In this document: positions 19,820 to 28,401 of the stretch, in pieces | How positions within the stretch are numbered: the stretch's first letter is position 1 | Layout of the letters: each line of letters begins with the position of its first letter | Origin: an uncultured Candidatus Rokubacteria bacterium | GTDB taxonomy: Bacteria > Methylomirabilota > Methylomirabilia > Rokubacteriales > CSP1-6 | Reading direction: 5' to 3' | NCBI GenBank assembly: GCA_963762145.1 | Contig: CAVXJS010000011.1 | Span: 224,001 to 288,000, forward strand | DNA length: 64,000 nt | Program-made: the position numbers and the translations under genes | Notes under the pieces: model-generated | Told to the model about the DNA's origin: nothing | The model's input: the letters and a program-made list of their open reading frames with translations, nothing else | Database searches by the model: none

Positions 19820-20591
19820 GAGCCGAGTCGGCGCGTCGGTGGTGCTGCTCGCGTTCGCGGCGTCGGCGTTCGCGGCCGAGATCCCCCGCGCCGACCGCCG
19901 CTCCGGCTACGACTTCATGAGCCGGGAGACCCGCGCGATGCAGGACGACGACACCGCCAATCCCGGCATGCTCTGGGTGCTCGAGGGCTTCGCACTGTGG
20001 ACGCGGAAGACCGGCCCCGCCGGCCGCGCCTGCGCCGACTGTCACGGCGACGCCCGCGTGACCATGAAGGGCGTGGCCGCGCGCCATCCCGCGTTCGACG
20101 CCGCCCAGGGGCGGCCGATCAATCTCGATCAGCGGATCAACGCCTGCCGGGTGGACCGGCAGGGAGCGCCGCCGCTCGCCTACGAGAGCCGGGAGCTCCT
20201 CGCGCTGGCCGCCTACGTCGCGCGCCAGTCCCGCGGGGTGCCGATCGAGATCGCGATCGACGAGCGGACGGAGCCGTTCCTCGACGGGGGGCGCACGATC
20301 TATCAGCGGCGGCAGGGACAGCTGAACCTCGCGTGCGGCCAGTGTCACGACGACCACTGGGGGCGGCAGCTCGCGGGAAACGTCATCCCGCAGGCCCACC
20401 CGACCGGCTATCCGCTCTACCGCCTGGAGTGGCAGGGGCTGGGCTCGCTCCAGCGGCGTCTGCGCAACTGCCTGGTGGGGATCCGCGCGGAGCCGTACGA
20501 GTGGGGCGCGCCCGAGCTCGTCCAGCTCGAGCTCTACCTGATGTGGCGCGCGCGGGGGATGATCTTCGAGGCTCCGGCGGTGCGGCCCTGA
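19809..20591 (+). CDS. soxA: Diheme SoxA (sulfur oxidation c-type cytochrome), start uncertain
   Basis: NPGMLWV, CADCH, RINACR, GQLNLACGQCH, YPLYRLEW and RRLRNC (active-site Cys). Confidence 0.9.
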   Translation: MSSRSRVGASVVLLAFAASAFAAEIPRADRRSGYDFMSRETRAMQDDDTANPGMLWVLEGFALWTRKTGPAGRACADCHGDARVTMKGVAARHPAFDAAQGRPINLDQRINACRVDRQGAPPLAYESRELLALAAYVARQSRGVPIEIAIDERTEPFLDGGRTIYQRRQGQLNLACGQCHDDHWGRQLAGNVIPQAHPTGYPLYRLEWQGLGSLQRRLRNCLVGIRAEPYEWGAPELVQLELYLMWRARGMIFEAPAVRP

Positions 20592-20604
20592 GCCCGCGCC
20601 CCGC

Positions 20605-21795
20605 TCAGCCCTTCGGTCGGACCTCGCCCGCGAGGTAGTCGATCGCGGCCTGCACGCCGCCGGACCCGTGCGGGATCCCGAGCGCCGCGAGCCCCATCTC
20701 GATCGAGCCGAGGACGCCGAACATCATGGGCGCGTTGATGTGACCCATGTGGGCGATGCGGAAGGCCTTGCCCGAGAGCTCGCCGATGCCCACGCCGACC
20801 ACCACCCCGCAGTGCGCGCGGCAGTAGTCGAGCAGGGGCTTCGGATCGAAGCCGGGCGTCCGGACGGTCGTGACCGAGTTGGCTCGCTCCGCCGGCTCGG
20901 TGATGTTGAGGGCCAGCGCTCCCCCCTCCGCCCAGCGGCCGACCGCCCGGCGCGTGGCCTCTCCAAGTAGCGCATGGCGGCGGGCGGCCCGATCCAGGCC
21001 TTCGGCCAACAGCATGTCCATCGCCTTGCGCAGGGCGAACAGCAGGTGCTGCGGCGGGGTGCCGCCGTACTTCTGGTAGTGCACCTCGCCCATGCGGAAC
21101 GTCCAGTCCCAGTAGCGCGTGCGCAGGTCGGCCTTCGGGTGGGCGGTCAGTGCGCGGTCATTGGCCGCGACGAAGGCCAGGCCGGGAGGCGTCATCAACC
21201 CTTTCTGCGAGCCCGACATGGCGACGTCGACCTTCCAGGCGTCCATCTCGAACGGCATGCACCCGAGCGAGGCCACGCAGTCGACCATGAGGAGGGCGGG
21301 GTGGCCGGTCGCGTCGATGGCCCGACGGATCGCCGGGATATCGTTGACCACCGCCGAGGCGGTGTCCACCTGGACGACGAGGATCGCCTTGATCTCATGC
21401 GCGGTGTCGGCCGCCAAGCGCTGGCCCACCGCGGCCGGATCCACCGCGCGCCGCCAGTCTCCCTTCAAGACCTCGACCTTGATCCCCAGCATCCGCGCCA
21501 TGTCGCCCCAGCCGGCTGCGAAGACGCCGGACTCGAGCACCAGCACCGTCTCGCCGCGTGACAGGACGTTGCTGACCGCCGCTTCCCAGCCCCCGTGCCC
21601 GTTGGCCGCGTAGATGAAGACGCGCCCGGACGTGCGGAACAGCCTGGGCAGATCCTCGAGCAGGGTCCGGGTCAGGTCGACCATGTCGCCCGAGTAGATG
21701 TCGATCGCAGGCCGGTGCATGGCCTGGAGCACCGCGTCCGGGATATTGGTCGGGCCGGGAATGCTGAGAAACTCGCGACCGTTGCCGATTGTCAT
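20605..21795 (-). CDS. Class V PLP aminotransferase (serine/alanine-glyoxylate aminotransferase-like)
   Basis: SIPGPT, ANGHGGWEA, VDCVAS, GSQKGLMTPPG and FRIAHMG. Confidence 0.9.
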   Translation of the reverse strand: MTIGNGREFLSIPGPTNIPDAVLQAMHRPAIDIYSGDMVDLTRTLLEDLPRLFRTSGRVFIYAANGHGGWEAAVSNVLSRGETVLVLESGVFAAGWGDMARMLGIKVEVLKGDWRRAVDPAAVGQRLAADTAHEIKAILVVQVDTASAVVNDIPAIRRAIDATGHPALLMVDCVASLGCMPFEMDAWKVDVAMSGSQKGLMTPPGLAFVAANDRALTAHPKADLRTRYWDWTFRMGEVHYQKYGGTPPQHLLFALRKAMDMLLAEGLDRAARRHALLGEATRRAVGRWAEGGALALNITEPAERANSVTTVRTPGFDPKPLLDYCRAHCGVVVGVGIGELSGKAFRIAHMGHINAPMMFGVLGSIEMGLAALGIPHGSGGVQAAIDYLAGEVRPKG

Positions 21796-21843
21796 GGGTC
21801 CAGGCTCCTCTCGGGCTCATCGTAGCACGCGTGATGGTCGGCC

Positions 21844-22728
21844 TCACACGCGCTCGATCCGCGGCCGGCCGAACATCCCGTACGGCCGCACGAACAGGAC
21901 CGCGAGGAGCAACACGTAGGGCGCGATGCTGCTGAAGCCCGCCCCCAGGACGGGATCGAGATAGCCCGCGGACAGGCTCTCCAGCACCCCGATGACGACG
22001 GCGCCGACCATGATGCCGGCCACGCTGTCGAGGCCGCCGACGACCAGGATCGGGAACACCTTGAGCCCGATGACGACCACGCCGAGCCCGCCGCCCACCG
22101 TGAAGGTCCAGAGCACGCCGGTGAAGACGGAGATGACGCCGACCATCGCCCACGTGAGGGCGACGTGACCGTGCACGTCGATCCCCATCGCCATCGCGAC
22201 CTGCTGGTCGTCCGAGATGGCCCGCAGCGCCAGTCCGGTCCGGCTGAATCGGAAGAACGCGGCCACCGCGGTGATGCAGATGATCGCGATCGTGGCCGCG
22301 ACCAGACGTCCCGCCGGGACCAGCACGCCGTAGACGTCGAGGGGATCCGACGGGATCGGAAGCGGGATGGCGCCGGGGATGGCGCCGAACGTCAGGGCGG
22401 CCGCGCCGCGGATCAACGAGCCGAGGCCGAGGGTGACCATGATCAGGGAGATCAGCGGGCGGCCGACCATGTGGCGCAGGACGAGCCGGTTGAAGGCGAG
22501 GGCCCCCACGACCATCCCGGCGGATGCCGAGCCGATGGCGCTCGCCAGCCCGAGCTCCGCCGCGTGGATCCCGGTGGCCACGAGTCTCGAGCCCAGCATC
22601 GCCAGCTCGCCCAGCGCGAAGTTGACCGCCCCGGACGCCTTGTAGACGACGACGAACGCGAGCGCGACCAGAGCGTACACCGCGCTGGCCAGCAGCCCGT
22701 CCACGAGCAGGGCCGCGAAGTAGAGCAC
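21844..22728 (-). CDS. Branched-chain amino acid ABC permease (LivH-like), orphan
   Basis: YALVALAF.VVYKASGAVNFALGE, GLALRA and LFVRPYGMFG. Confidence 0.88.
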   Translation of the reverse strand: MLYFAALLVDGLLASAVYALVALAFVVVYKASGAVNFALGELAMLGSRLVATGIHAAELGLASAIGSASAGMVVGALAFNRLVLRHMVGRPLISLIMVTLGLGSLIRGAAALTFGAIPGAIPLPIPSDPLDVYGVLVPAGRLVAATIAIICITAVAAFFRFSRTGLALRAISDDQQVAMAMGIDVHGHVALTWAMVGVISVFTGVLWTFTVGGGLGVVVIGLKVFPILVVGGLDSVAGIMVGAVVIGVLESLSAGYLDPVLGAGFSSIAPYVLLLAVLFVRPYGMFGRPRIERV

Positions 22729-23052
22729 TCAGGCCGGCGCGGTGGCCTTCAGCGAGAACATGAGCGGCAGGCTGCCACGGCCGAGCGGCAGCCGCAGGTC
22801 CTCGGGCAGTCGCCACCAGCCGTCGGCGCCCCGCTCCATCCACGGGAAGAACCGCCAGCCCAGGAACGGGTATTCGTCGAACGCGGTGATGCGGAGCCCG
22901 GCGCGGGCGAGCGCGTTGACGAGGTCCGAGACGGTGTGCAACCAGACGTGCTCGACGCTCGCGATCGGCGCGTCCGGCGTGCTGTAGCAGCCGGGGTGCT
23001 CCTCGCGGACGGGCTCCGGCCCGTGGAAGTTGGCCTCGCGGTACGGGTCCAC
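22729..23052 (-). pseudogene. Internally deleted class I SAM-dependent methyltransferase remnant
   Basis: The C-terminus (WLHTVSDLVNALARAGLRI...DGWWRLP...LPLMFSLKAT) matches, from recall, a methyltransferase family. No SAM-binding motif is present in 107 aa. Confidence 0.6.
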
Positions 23053-23055
23053 CGT

Positions 23056-24105
23056 CTACGCGTCCAGACGATAGACCCGCCGGGCGGTGCCGCTGAACAT
23101 GGCCTGCTTCTCCGCGGCGGAGGCGCCGCCCGCGATCCGCTTGAGCGCGTTCCAGAGCCCGGCCCAGCCGATGCCCATCTTGTCCACCGGGAAGTTGCTC
23201 TCGAACAGGCAGCGGTCCGCGCCGAAGAGCTCGATGCACGTCTCGATGTACGGGCGCCAGAGGGCGGCGAGCTCGGTGGACGTGGGCGGTTTCGGCTGGG
23301 TGCGGTAGTCGTAGGCGGCCAGGCGCATCATCATGCCGCCCAGCTTGACCGCCACGTTGGGACACCCGGCGAGCTCGGTCATCGGCGCCTTCCACGCCGT
23401 GAACACGTCCTTCTGCCGGCCCGCGTAGGGGCCGTAGCCGAGCACGCCGCCCACGTGGCCGAGGATGATCGTGGTGTCGGGAAACGCGCGGGCCAGGTCC
23501 ACCACGTCCGCGAGCTGGGGATGGAAGACCCACGCGTCGAGCGAGAGCCCGAGCCGGGTGAGCACCGCGAGGCCCGCCCGGAAGTCCGGCCGCCGGTAGA
23601 CGTGCGGGCCGTCGGCCACCGCGCTGTTGCCGATGATCTGGCTCGCGTCCCACGCGGCCGAATGGCGAACCCCGCGAAAGCGTCCCCCGCCCGCGCGGAG
23701 ATGCGCCTGCAGCACCGGCTCCACGCGGTCGCCGAGCGTGAGGTCCGCGAAGCCCACGATGCCGGCGGCCACCCGCGTGGGCCCGTACATGCCGCTGGCG
23801 CTCATCGCGGCCTGGCCGGCCACGAACTCGGTCTCGCCCACCGGGCGCATCTCCGCGGGCCCGGCCGCGCGGTACATCGAATGGCACTCGAGGAACACGG
23901 TCGCGACCAGGTTGTGGCCGGTGGCGGCGTCCGCGAGGAAGTCGGTCAGCAGGTAGCGGTGGCCCTCCCGGTCCCACAGGTGATGGTGCGTGTCGATGAT
24001 CGGCAGCTCGGGCTCGAGAATCGGCTCGGGCGGCTGCGTGGCCAGCCACGCCTCGTCCGGATGATGGATTCTCCCGAACTGGGTCGGACGATCGGCGGCG
24101 CTCAT
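23056..24105 (-). CDS. Amidohydrolase family protein (Amidohydro_2)
   Basis: IIDTHHHLWD, RPVGETEF, NVAVKLGG and FESNFPVDK. ATG overlaps the upstream stop. Confidence 0.9.
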   Translation of the reverse strand: MSAADRPTQFGRIHHPDEAWLATQPPEPILEPELPIIDTHHHLWDREGHRYLLTDFLADAATGHNLVATVFLECHSMYRAAGPAEMRPVGETEFVAGQAAMSASGMYGPTRVAAGIVGFADLTLGDRVEPVLQAHLRAGGGRFRGVRHSAAWDASQIIGNSAVADGPHVYRRPDFRAGLAVLTRLGLSLDAWVFHPQLADVVDLARAFPDTTIILGHVGGVLGYGPYAGRQKDVFTAWKAPMTELAGCPNVAVKLGGMMMRLAAYDYRTQPKPPTSTELAALWRPYIETCIELFGADRCLFESNFPVDKMGIGWAGLWNALKRIAGGASAAEKQAMFSGTARRVYRLDA

Positions 24106-24974
24106 GCGGAGTCTCCCAGGTTGCGCAGCAGGGCTTCGCTCTCGGGGTCGGCGGGGAAGAAGCACTCCACGCGCAGCTCGTGCAGCGTGATGTCGTAGGG
24201 CACGCCGAGCGTGGTCAGGGTGGAGAAGAACGTGAGATGGGTCTTGCCCCGGCGCAGCTCGACGCCCAGGAACGGCACCGGGGCGGCGTCGAGGTCGAGC
24301 GTCCGCCACTTCTGCGGGACGTCGGGATAGGAGAGGAGCTCCTCGAGCAGCCGGCTCGTCTCCGCGTCGCCGATGCCGCGCGCCAGGTCGCGGTGCAGCC
24401 ACTGGATGAGGCCGGCCGCGGTGGCCTCCCAGTTCACGATGAAGGGGCGCATCCCGCGCGGATGGTAGAAGAGGCGCATCGCGTTGGGCGGGCCGCCGAC
24501 CGCCGCCACCGCGTCGGGCTCGAGGAACAGGCCCATGAGTCGGCGGGCGCCGCCGTTGGTCATCAGGATGTTCCAGTGGCCGTCGATCACGAGGCCGGGG
24601 TAGGGCTCCTGCTGGCGCATCATGAAGTCGAGGGCCCGCCGCACGTCGGCCATCTCCGGCGCCTCGAGGCCCGTCTCCCGGTAGACCGGCGCATACCCCG
24701 CCGCGGTCAGCAGGTCGTTGCGGCCACGGGGCGGAACCTCGAGCACGCGGCTCAGCAGCAGCACCATGTCGCGGCTCGGCTGGGCGCGCCCGGTCTCGAT
24801 GAAGCTCAGGTGGCGCGAGGAGACCTCGGCGTCCACCGCCAGGCCGAGCTGGCTCAGGCGCCGGCGCTCGCGCCACTGCTTGAGCAGCCGGCCGAAGTGG
24901 CCGGTCGTCCGGCTCCCCCCGGGCGTCCGGCTCCCCGATGTCTGGTTCGCAGTCGTCTGGGCCCTGGTCGTCAT
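24102..24974 (-). CDS. XRE-family HTH regulator with MmyB-like ligand-binding domain
   Basis: WRERRRLSQL.LA..AEVSSRHLSFIETGRAQPSR...ELRVECFFPAD. Confidence 0.9.
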   Translation of the reverse strand: MTTRAQTTANQTSGSRTPGGSRTTGHFGRLLKQWRERRRLSQLGLAVDAEVSSRHLSFIETGRAQPSRDMVLLLSRVLEVPPRGRNDLLTAAGYAPVYRETGLEAPEMADVRRALDFMMRQQEPYPGLVIDGHWNILMTNGGARRLMGLFLEPDAVAAVGGPPNAMRLFYHPRGMRPFIVNWEATAAGLIQWLHRDLARGIGDAETSRLLEELLSYPDVPQKWRTLDLDAAPVPFLGVELRRGKTHLTFFSTLTTLGVPYDITLHELRVECFFPADPESEALLRNLGDSA

Positions 24975-25007
24975 GCCGGGAGTATACCGAGGGCGGGAGC
25001 GAGCGCC

Positions 25008-25024
25008 ATTACCTCCAAGGTAAT
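25008..25024. promoter_or_regulatory. Palindromic operator, probably for the adjacent XRE/MmyB regulator
   Basis: Perfect inverted repeat ATTACCT-CCA-AGGTAAT in an AT-rich spot between divergent genes. Confidence 0.7.
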
Positions 25025-25070
25025 TGAACTGGTCCCCGGTTTCGGTGAGGATGGCCGGCGGAGGTCACCC

Positions 25071-25472
25071 ATGGACATCGATCCCACCCCGTTCAACGAG
25101 CGGATGGCCGGAACCCTGAGCACCCTGCTGGGCCTGCGCATCGTGGAGGCGAGCCCCGAGCGCGTGGTCGCCGAGCTGACGATCCGCGACGAGCTCCGCA
25201 CCGTCGGCGGCGCGCTGCACGGCGGGACCCTGATGGCGCTGGCCGACACGGTGGGGGCGGCCGCCACCATCGTGAACCTGCCGCCGGGCGCGGGGACGAC
25301 CACGCTCGAATCGAAGACCAACTTCTTCGCCGCCGGAAGCGAAGGCGTGGTGCGCGCGGAGGCCACGCCGCTGCACCGGGGCAAGCGCACCCAGGTGTGG
25401 CAGACCCGCGTGACCGACGAGTCCGGCCGGCTCCTCTCCCTGACCACCCAGACCCAGATGGTGCTCGCGTGA
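25071..25472 (+). CDS. PaaI-family hotdog thioesterase
   Basis: LHGGTLMALADT, TTLESKTNF and LHRGKRTQVW. Confidence 0.9.
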   Translation: MDIDPTPFNERMAGTLSTLLGLRIVEASPERVVAELTIRDELRTVGGALHGGTLMALADTVGAAATIVNLPPGAGTTTLESKTNFFAAGSEGVVRAEATPLHRGKRTQVWQTRVTDESGRLLSLTTQTQMVLA

Positions 25473-26431
25473 AGATCGCCTTCGCGGGCGTGTTCGCGGG
25501 CCACGTCGCCGACCGGGTGCGGGCCCGGCTGCGCATCCCGTGCGAGATGACGCTGACCGACGATCGCGAGATCGGCCCCCACCTCGGCGACATAGACGTG
25601 CTGGTCAGCATGGCGTTCACGCGCGAGATGGCCGCGGCGGCTCCGCGCCTGCGCCTGGTCCAGGTGCCAGGGGCCGGGCTCGACCGCATCGATCGGGCCG
25701 CGCTGGCGCCGGGCACCGCGCTGGCCAACGCCTACGGCCACGACGTCGGCATCGCGGAGTACGTGATCGGCGCGATGCTCGCGGTGACCCGCAGCTTCTG
25801 TCGGATCGACGCCGATCTGCGCCGGGGCCAGTGGGACAGCGTGTGGTCGGGGGCGCCGGTGCCGCTCTGGCCGGAGCTGGCCGGCAAGAGCCTGGGCATC
25901 CTCGGCTACGGCCGCATCGGCCAGGCGGTCGCCCGCCGGGCCCTGGCCTTCGACATGGAGGTGCTGGCGATCCGCCGCGACGCGAGCCGGCCCGATCCGC
26001 ACCGCCTCGCGTTCCTGCGCGGCCCGGGCGCGCTCGACGAGGTGCTCGAGCGCGCGGACTACCTGGCCGTCACGCTCGCGCTCACGCCCGAGACGCGCGG
26101 GCTCATCGGGGCCCGGGAGCTCGCGCGCCTGAAGCCCACCGCGGTGCTGATCAACGTGGCCCGCGGCGAGGTGGTGGACGAGGACGCGCTCTACGACGCG
26201 CTTCATCGCGGCGCGATCGCGGGGGCCGCGCTCGACGTCTGGTACCGGTACCCGACCGACGACGCGCCGATCCATCCCGCCCATCGCCCGTTCCACGCGC
26301 TGCCGAACGTGCTGATGACGCCCCACGTATCGGGCTGGACGGACGGGATGATGGACGCCCGGGCCGGGGTCATCGCCGAGAACATCCATCGTGCCGCGCG
26401 CGGCGAGGCGCCGGTCAACCTCGTCCGGTAA
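25469..26431 (+). CDS. D-isomer-specific 2-hydroxyacid dehydrogenase
   Basis: GILGYGRIG, LINVARG, AALDVW and TPHVSG. Confidence 0.9.
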   Translation: MKIAFAGVFAGHVADRVRARLRIPCEMTLTDDREIGPHLGDIDVLVSMAFTREMAAAAPRLRLVQVPGAGLDRIDRAALAPGTALANAYGHDVGIAEYVIGAMLAVTRSFCRIDADLRRGQWDSVWSGAPVPLWPELAGKSLGILGYGRIGQAVARRALAFDMEVLAIRRDASRPDPHRLAFLRGPGALDEVLERADYLAVTLALTPETRGLIGARELARLKPTAVLINVARGEVVDEDALYDALHRGAIAGAALDVWYRYPTDDAPIHPAHRPFHALPNVLMTPHVSGWTDGMMDARAGVIAENIHRAARGEAPVNLVR

Positions 26432-26548
26432 GATGCACCCGGAAATTCGTACCGCCGCGCTCGTTCGCGTCCCCTGGAACACCGATCATGCGCGCACTTG
26501 AGCCGGGCACGTGCTTTGCTGCTCCCCGGGGACGGAGGTCTCGTCCAC

Positions 26549-26788
26549 ATGAGCGTGATGCGGAAAGTGCGAGTCAATCTCGCCAACGAGCAGGAGCTGA
26601 TGGAGCTGCCCGGCCTGGGAGCCGCAGGGGCCGCCGCGATCGTGCGCTTCCGGACGGAGCACGGCCCGATCAAGGATGCCGCGGAGCTCAGGTCGATCCT
26701 GCGCGGCCACCCGAGCGTCGAGGGCTTCGAGGGGCGCGTCGACTTCGCGCCCGCGGACGCCACCGCGCCCGAAGCGCCCGGAGCCTAG
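26549..26788 (+). CDS. Helix-hairpin-helix (ComEA-like) DNA-binding protein
   Basis: VNLANEQELMELPGLG..AAAIVRFRTEHGP. GGAGG RBS. Confidence 0.8.
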   Translation: MSVMRKVRVNLANEQELMELPGLGAAGAAAIVRFRTEHGPIKDAAELRSILRGHPSVEGFEGRVDFAPADATAPEAPGA

Positions 26789-26797
26789 TCCCCGGCC

Positions 26798-27163
26798 TCA
26801 GGCCTCGCCGAGCAGGCGTGCGACCGTGCGTCGCAGCTCCGGCACGTCGAACGGCTTCGCCACCACCGGGGTGCCGGCCTCACGCAGGAAGGGCACGAAC
26901 TCGGCCGCGTTGGTGAAGCCGGACATGAAGAGCAGGGCGGGCCGCGGAGCCGGCTGGGCCTGGACCGCCTGGTAGATCTGGATTCCGTCCACCTCCGGCA
27001 TCCGGAGATCGGACACGACCAGATCGTAGGCCTGCGCGGCGAGCCGCCGGAGCGCCTCCCTCCCCCCGTCGGCCCCGTCGATGAGCCGGGCGGGAGCGGC
27101 CAGCAATACCTCGACAAGCTCTCGCACGTCCGGCTCGTCGTCGACGACGAGGATGCGGGGCAT
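26798..27163 (-). CDS. Stand-alone response regulator receiver
   Basis: ILVVDDE, DLRMPEVDG and AKPFD. Confidence 0.9.
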   Translation of the reverse strand: MPRILVVDDEPDVRELVEVLLAAPARLIDGADGGREALRRLAAQAYDLVVSDLRMPEVDGIQIYQAVQAQPAPRPALLFMSGFTNAAEFVPFLREAGTPVVAKPFDVPELRRTVARLLGEA

Positions 27164-27190
27164 GAGAAGAGGATGCTACCATGGCCGCCG

Positions 27191-28132
27191 ATGCCGAGTC
27201 CCATTCATCGCGCCGCGATCGCGCGAGCTCACGATCTGATCGCGCCGTACATCCGCGTGACGCCCGTCGTGGAAGCGAGCGGCGCCGATTTCGGCCTGGC
27301 CGCCTTCCCGCTCTCTTTCAAGCTGGAGCTCTTGCAGCACGCCGGCTCCTTCAAGACGCGCGGCGCCTTCGTCAACCTGCTCACCCGCGCGATCCCGGCC
27401 GCCGGTGTGGTGGCCGCGTCCGGCGGCAATCATGGGGCCGCGGTGGCCTACGCGGCGATGCGTCTCGAGGTGAAGGCACGGATCTTCGTGCCCACCGTGT
27501 CCTCGCCGGCCAAGATCGCGCGTATCCAGGCCTACGGCGCCGAGCTGGTCGTGACCGGCGACCGGTACGCCGACGCGCTTGCGGCGAGCCAGGCCTGGGT
27601 GACCGAGTCGGGCGCGCTACCGGTGCACGCCTTCGATCAGGAGGAGACGTTGCTCGGCCAGGGCACGCTCGCGCGGGAGCTGGAGAGGCAGACGCCGGAT
27701 CTCGATACGCTCCTGGTCTCGGTGGGCGGGGGCGGCCTCATCGGCGGCATCGCGGCGTGGTGTGGGGGACGGCCGCGGGTGATCGGCGTCGAGCCCGAGG
27801 CCGCTCCCACCCTCACCCGGGCGCTCGAGGCGGGCAAGCCGGTGGACGCCCCCGCCGGCGGCCTCGCGGCGGACTCGCTCGCCCCGCGGCGGGTCGGAGA
27901 GCTGATGTTCCCGATCGCGCAGGCTCACATCGCGCGCGTGCTGCTGGTGAGCGACGCGGCCATCCGCGGGGCGCAGGACGCGCTCTGGGCCACGTTGCGG
28001 GTGGTGGCCGAGCCCGGCGGCGCGGCCGCCTTCGCGGCACTGCTGAGCGGCGCCCACGTGCCCGCGCCGGGCGAGCGGGTCGGGGTGGTGGTTAGCGGAG
28101 GCAACACCACTGCGGTAGACTTCGGCCGATGA
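27191..28132 (+). CDS. Threonine/serine dehydratase (PLP fold II)
   Basis: KLELLQHAGSFKTRGA, ASGGNHG, VGGGGLIGG and SGGN. Confidence 0.9.
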   Translation: MPSPIHRAAIARAHDLIAPYIRVTPVVEASGADFGLAAFPLSFKLELLQHAGSFKTRGAFVNLLTRAIPAAGVVAASGGNHGAAVAYAAMRLEVKARIFVPTVSSPAKIARIQAYGAELVVTGDRYADALAASQAWVTESGALPVHAFDQEETLLGQGTLARELERQTPDLDTLLVSVGGGGLIGGIAAWCGGRPRVIGVEPEAAPTLTRALEAGKPVDAPAGGLAADSLAPRRVGELMFPIAQAHIARVLLVSDAAIRGAQDALWATLRVVAEPGGAAAFAALLSGAHVPAPGERVGVVVSGGNTTAVDFGR

Positions 28133-28401
28133 GCCCGGCCACCCCGTCGCGGCACGACTCGCTGACCCGGGCGCTGGACTTCCTCGCCGCGGGGGAGTGG
28201 CAGCGCGCCCACGAGATCGTCCAGGAGGACAAGTCGGAGCTGGCCGCGTGGCTGCACGGGATCGTCCACACGCTGGAGGGCGATCTCGACAACGCGCGCT
28301 ACTGGTACCGCCGCACCACGCGCGAGTTTCCGGGCGCGGCCGCGGTGCAGCGCGAGATCGCGGCCGCGCGGCTAGCCCTCGCCGAGGAACATCGCGCGTA
28401 G
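28129..28401 (+). CDS. Conserved hypothetical helical (TPR-like) protein
   Basis: WQRAHEIVQ..AAWLHGIVH..EGDLDNARYWY. Coupled by an ATGA overlap. Confidence 0.7.
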   Translation: MSPATPSRHDSLTRALDFLAAGEWQRAHEIVQEDKSELAAWLHGIVHTLEGDLDNARYWYRRTTREFPGAAAVQREIAAARLALAEEHRA

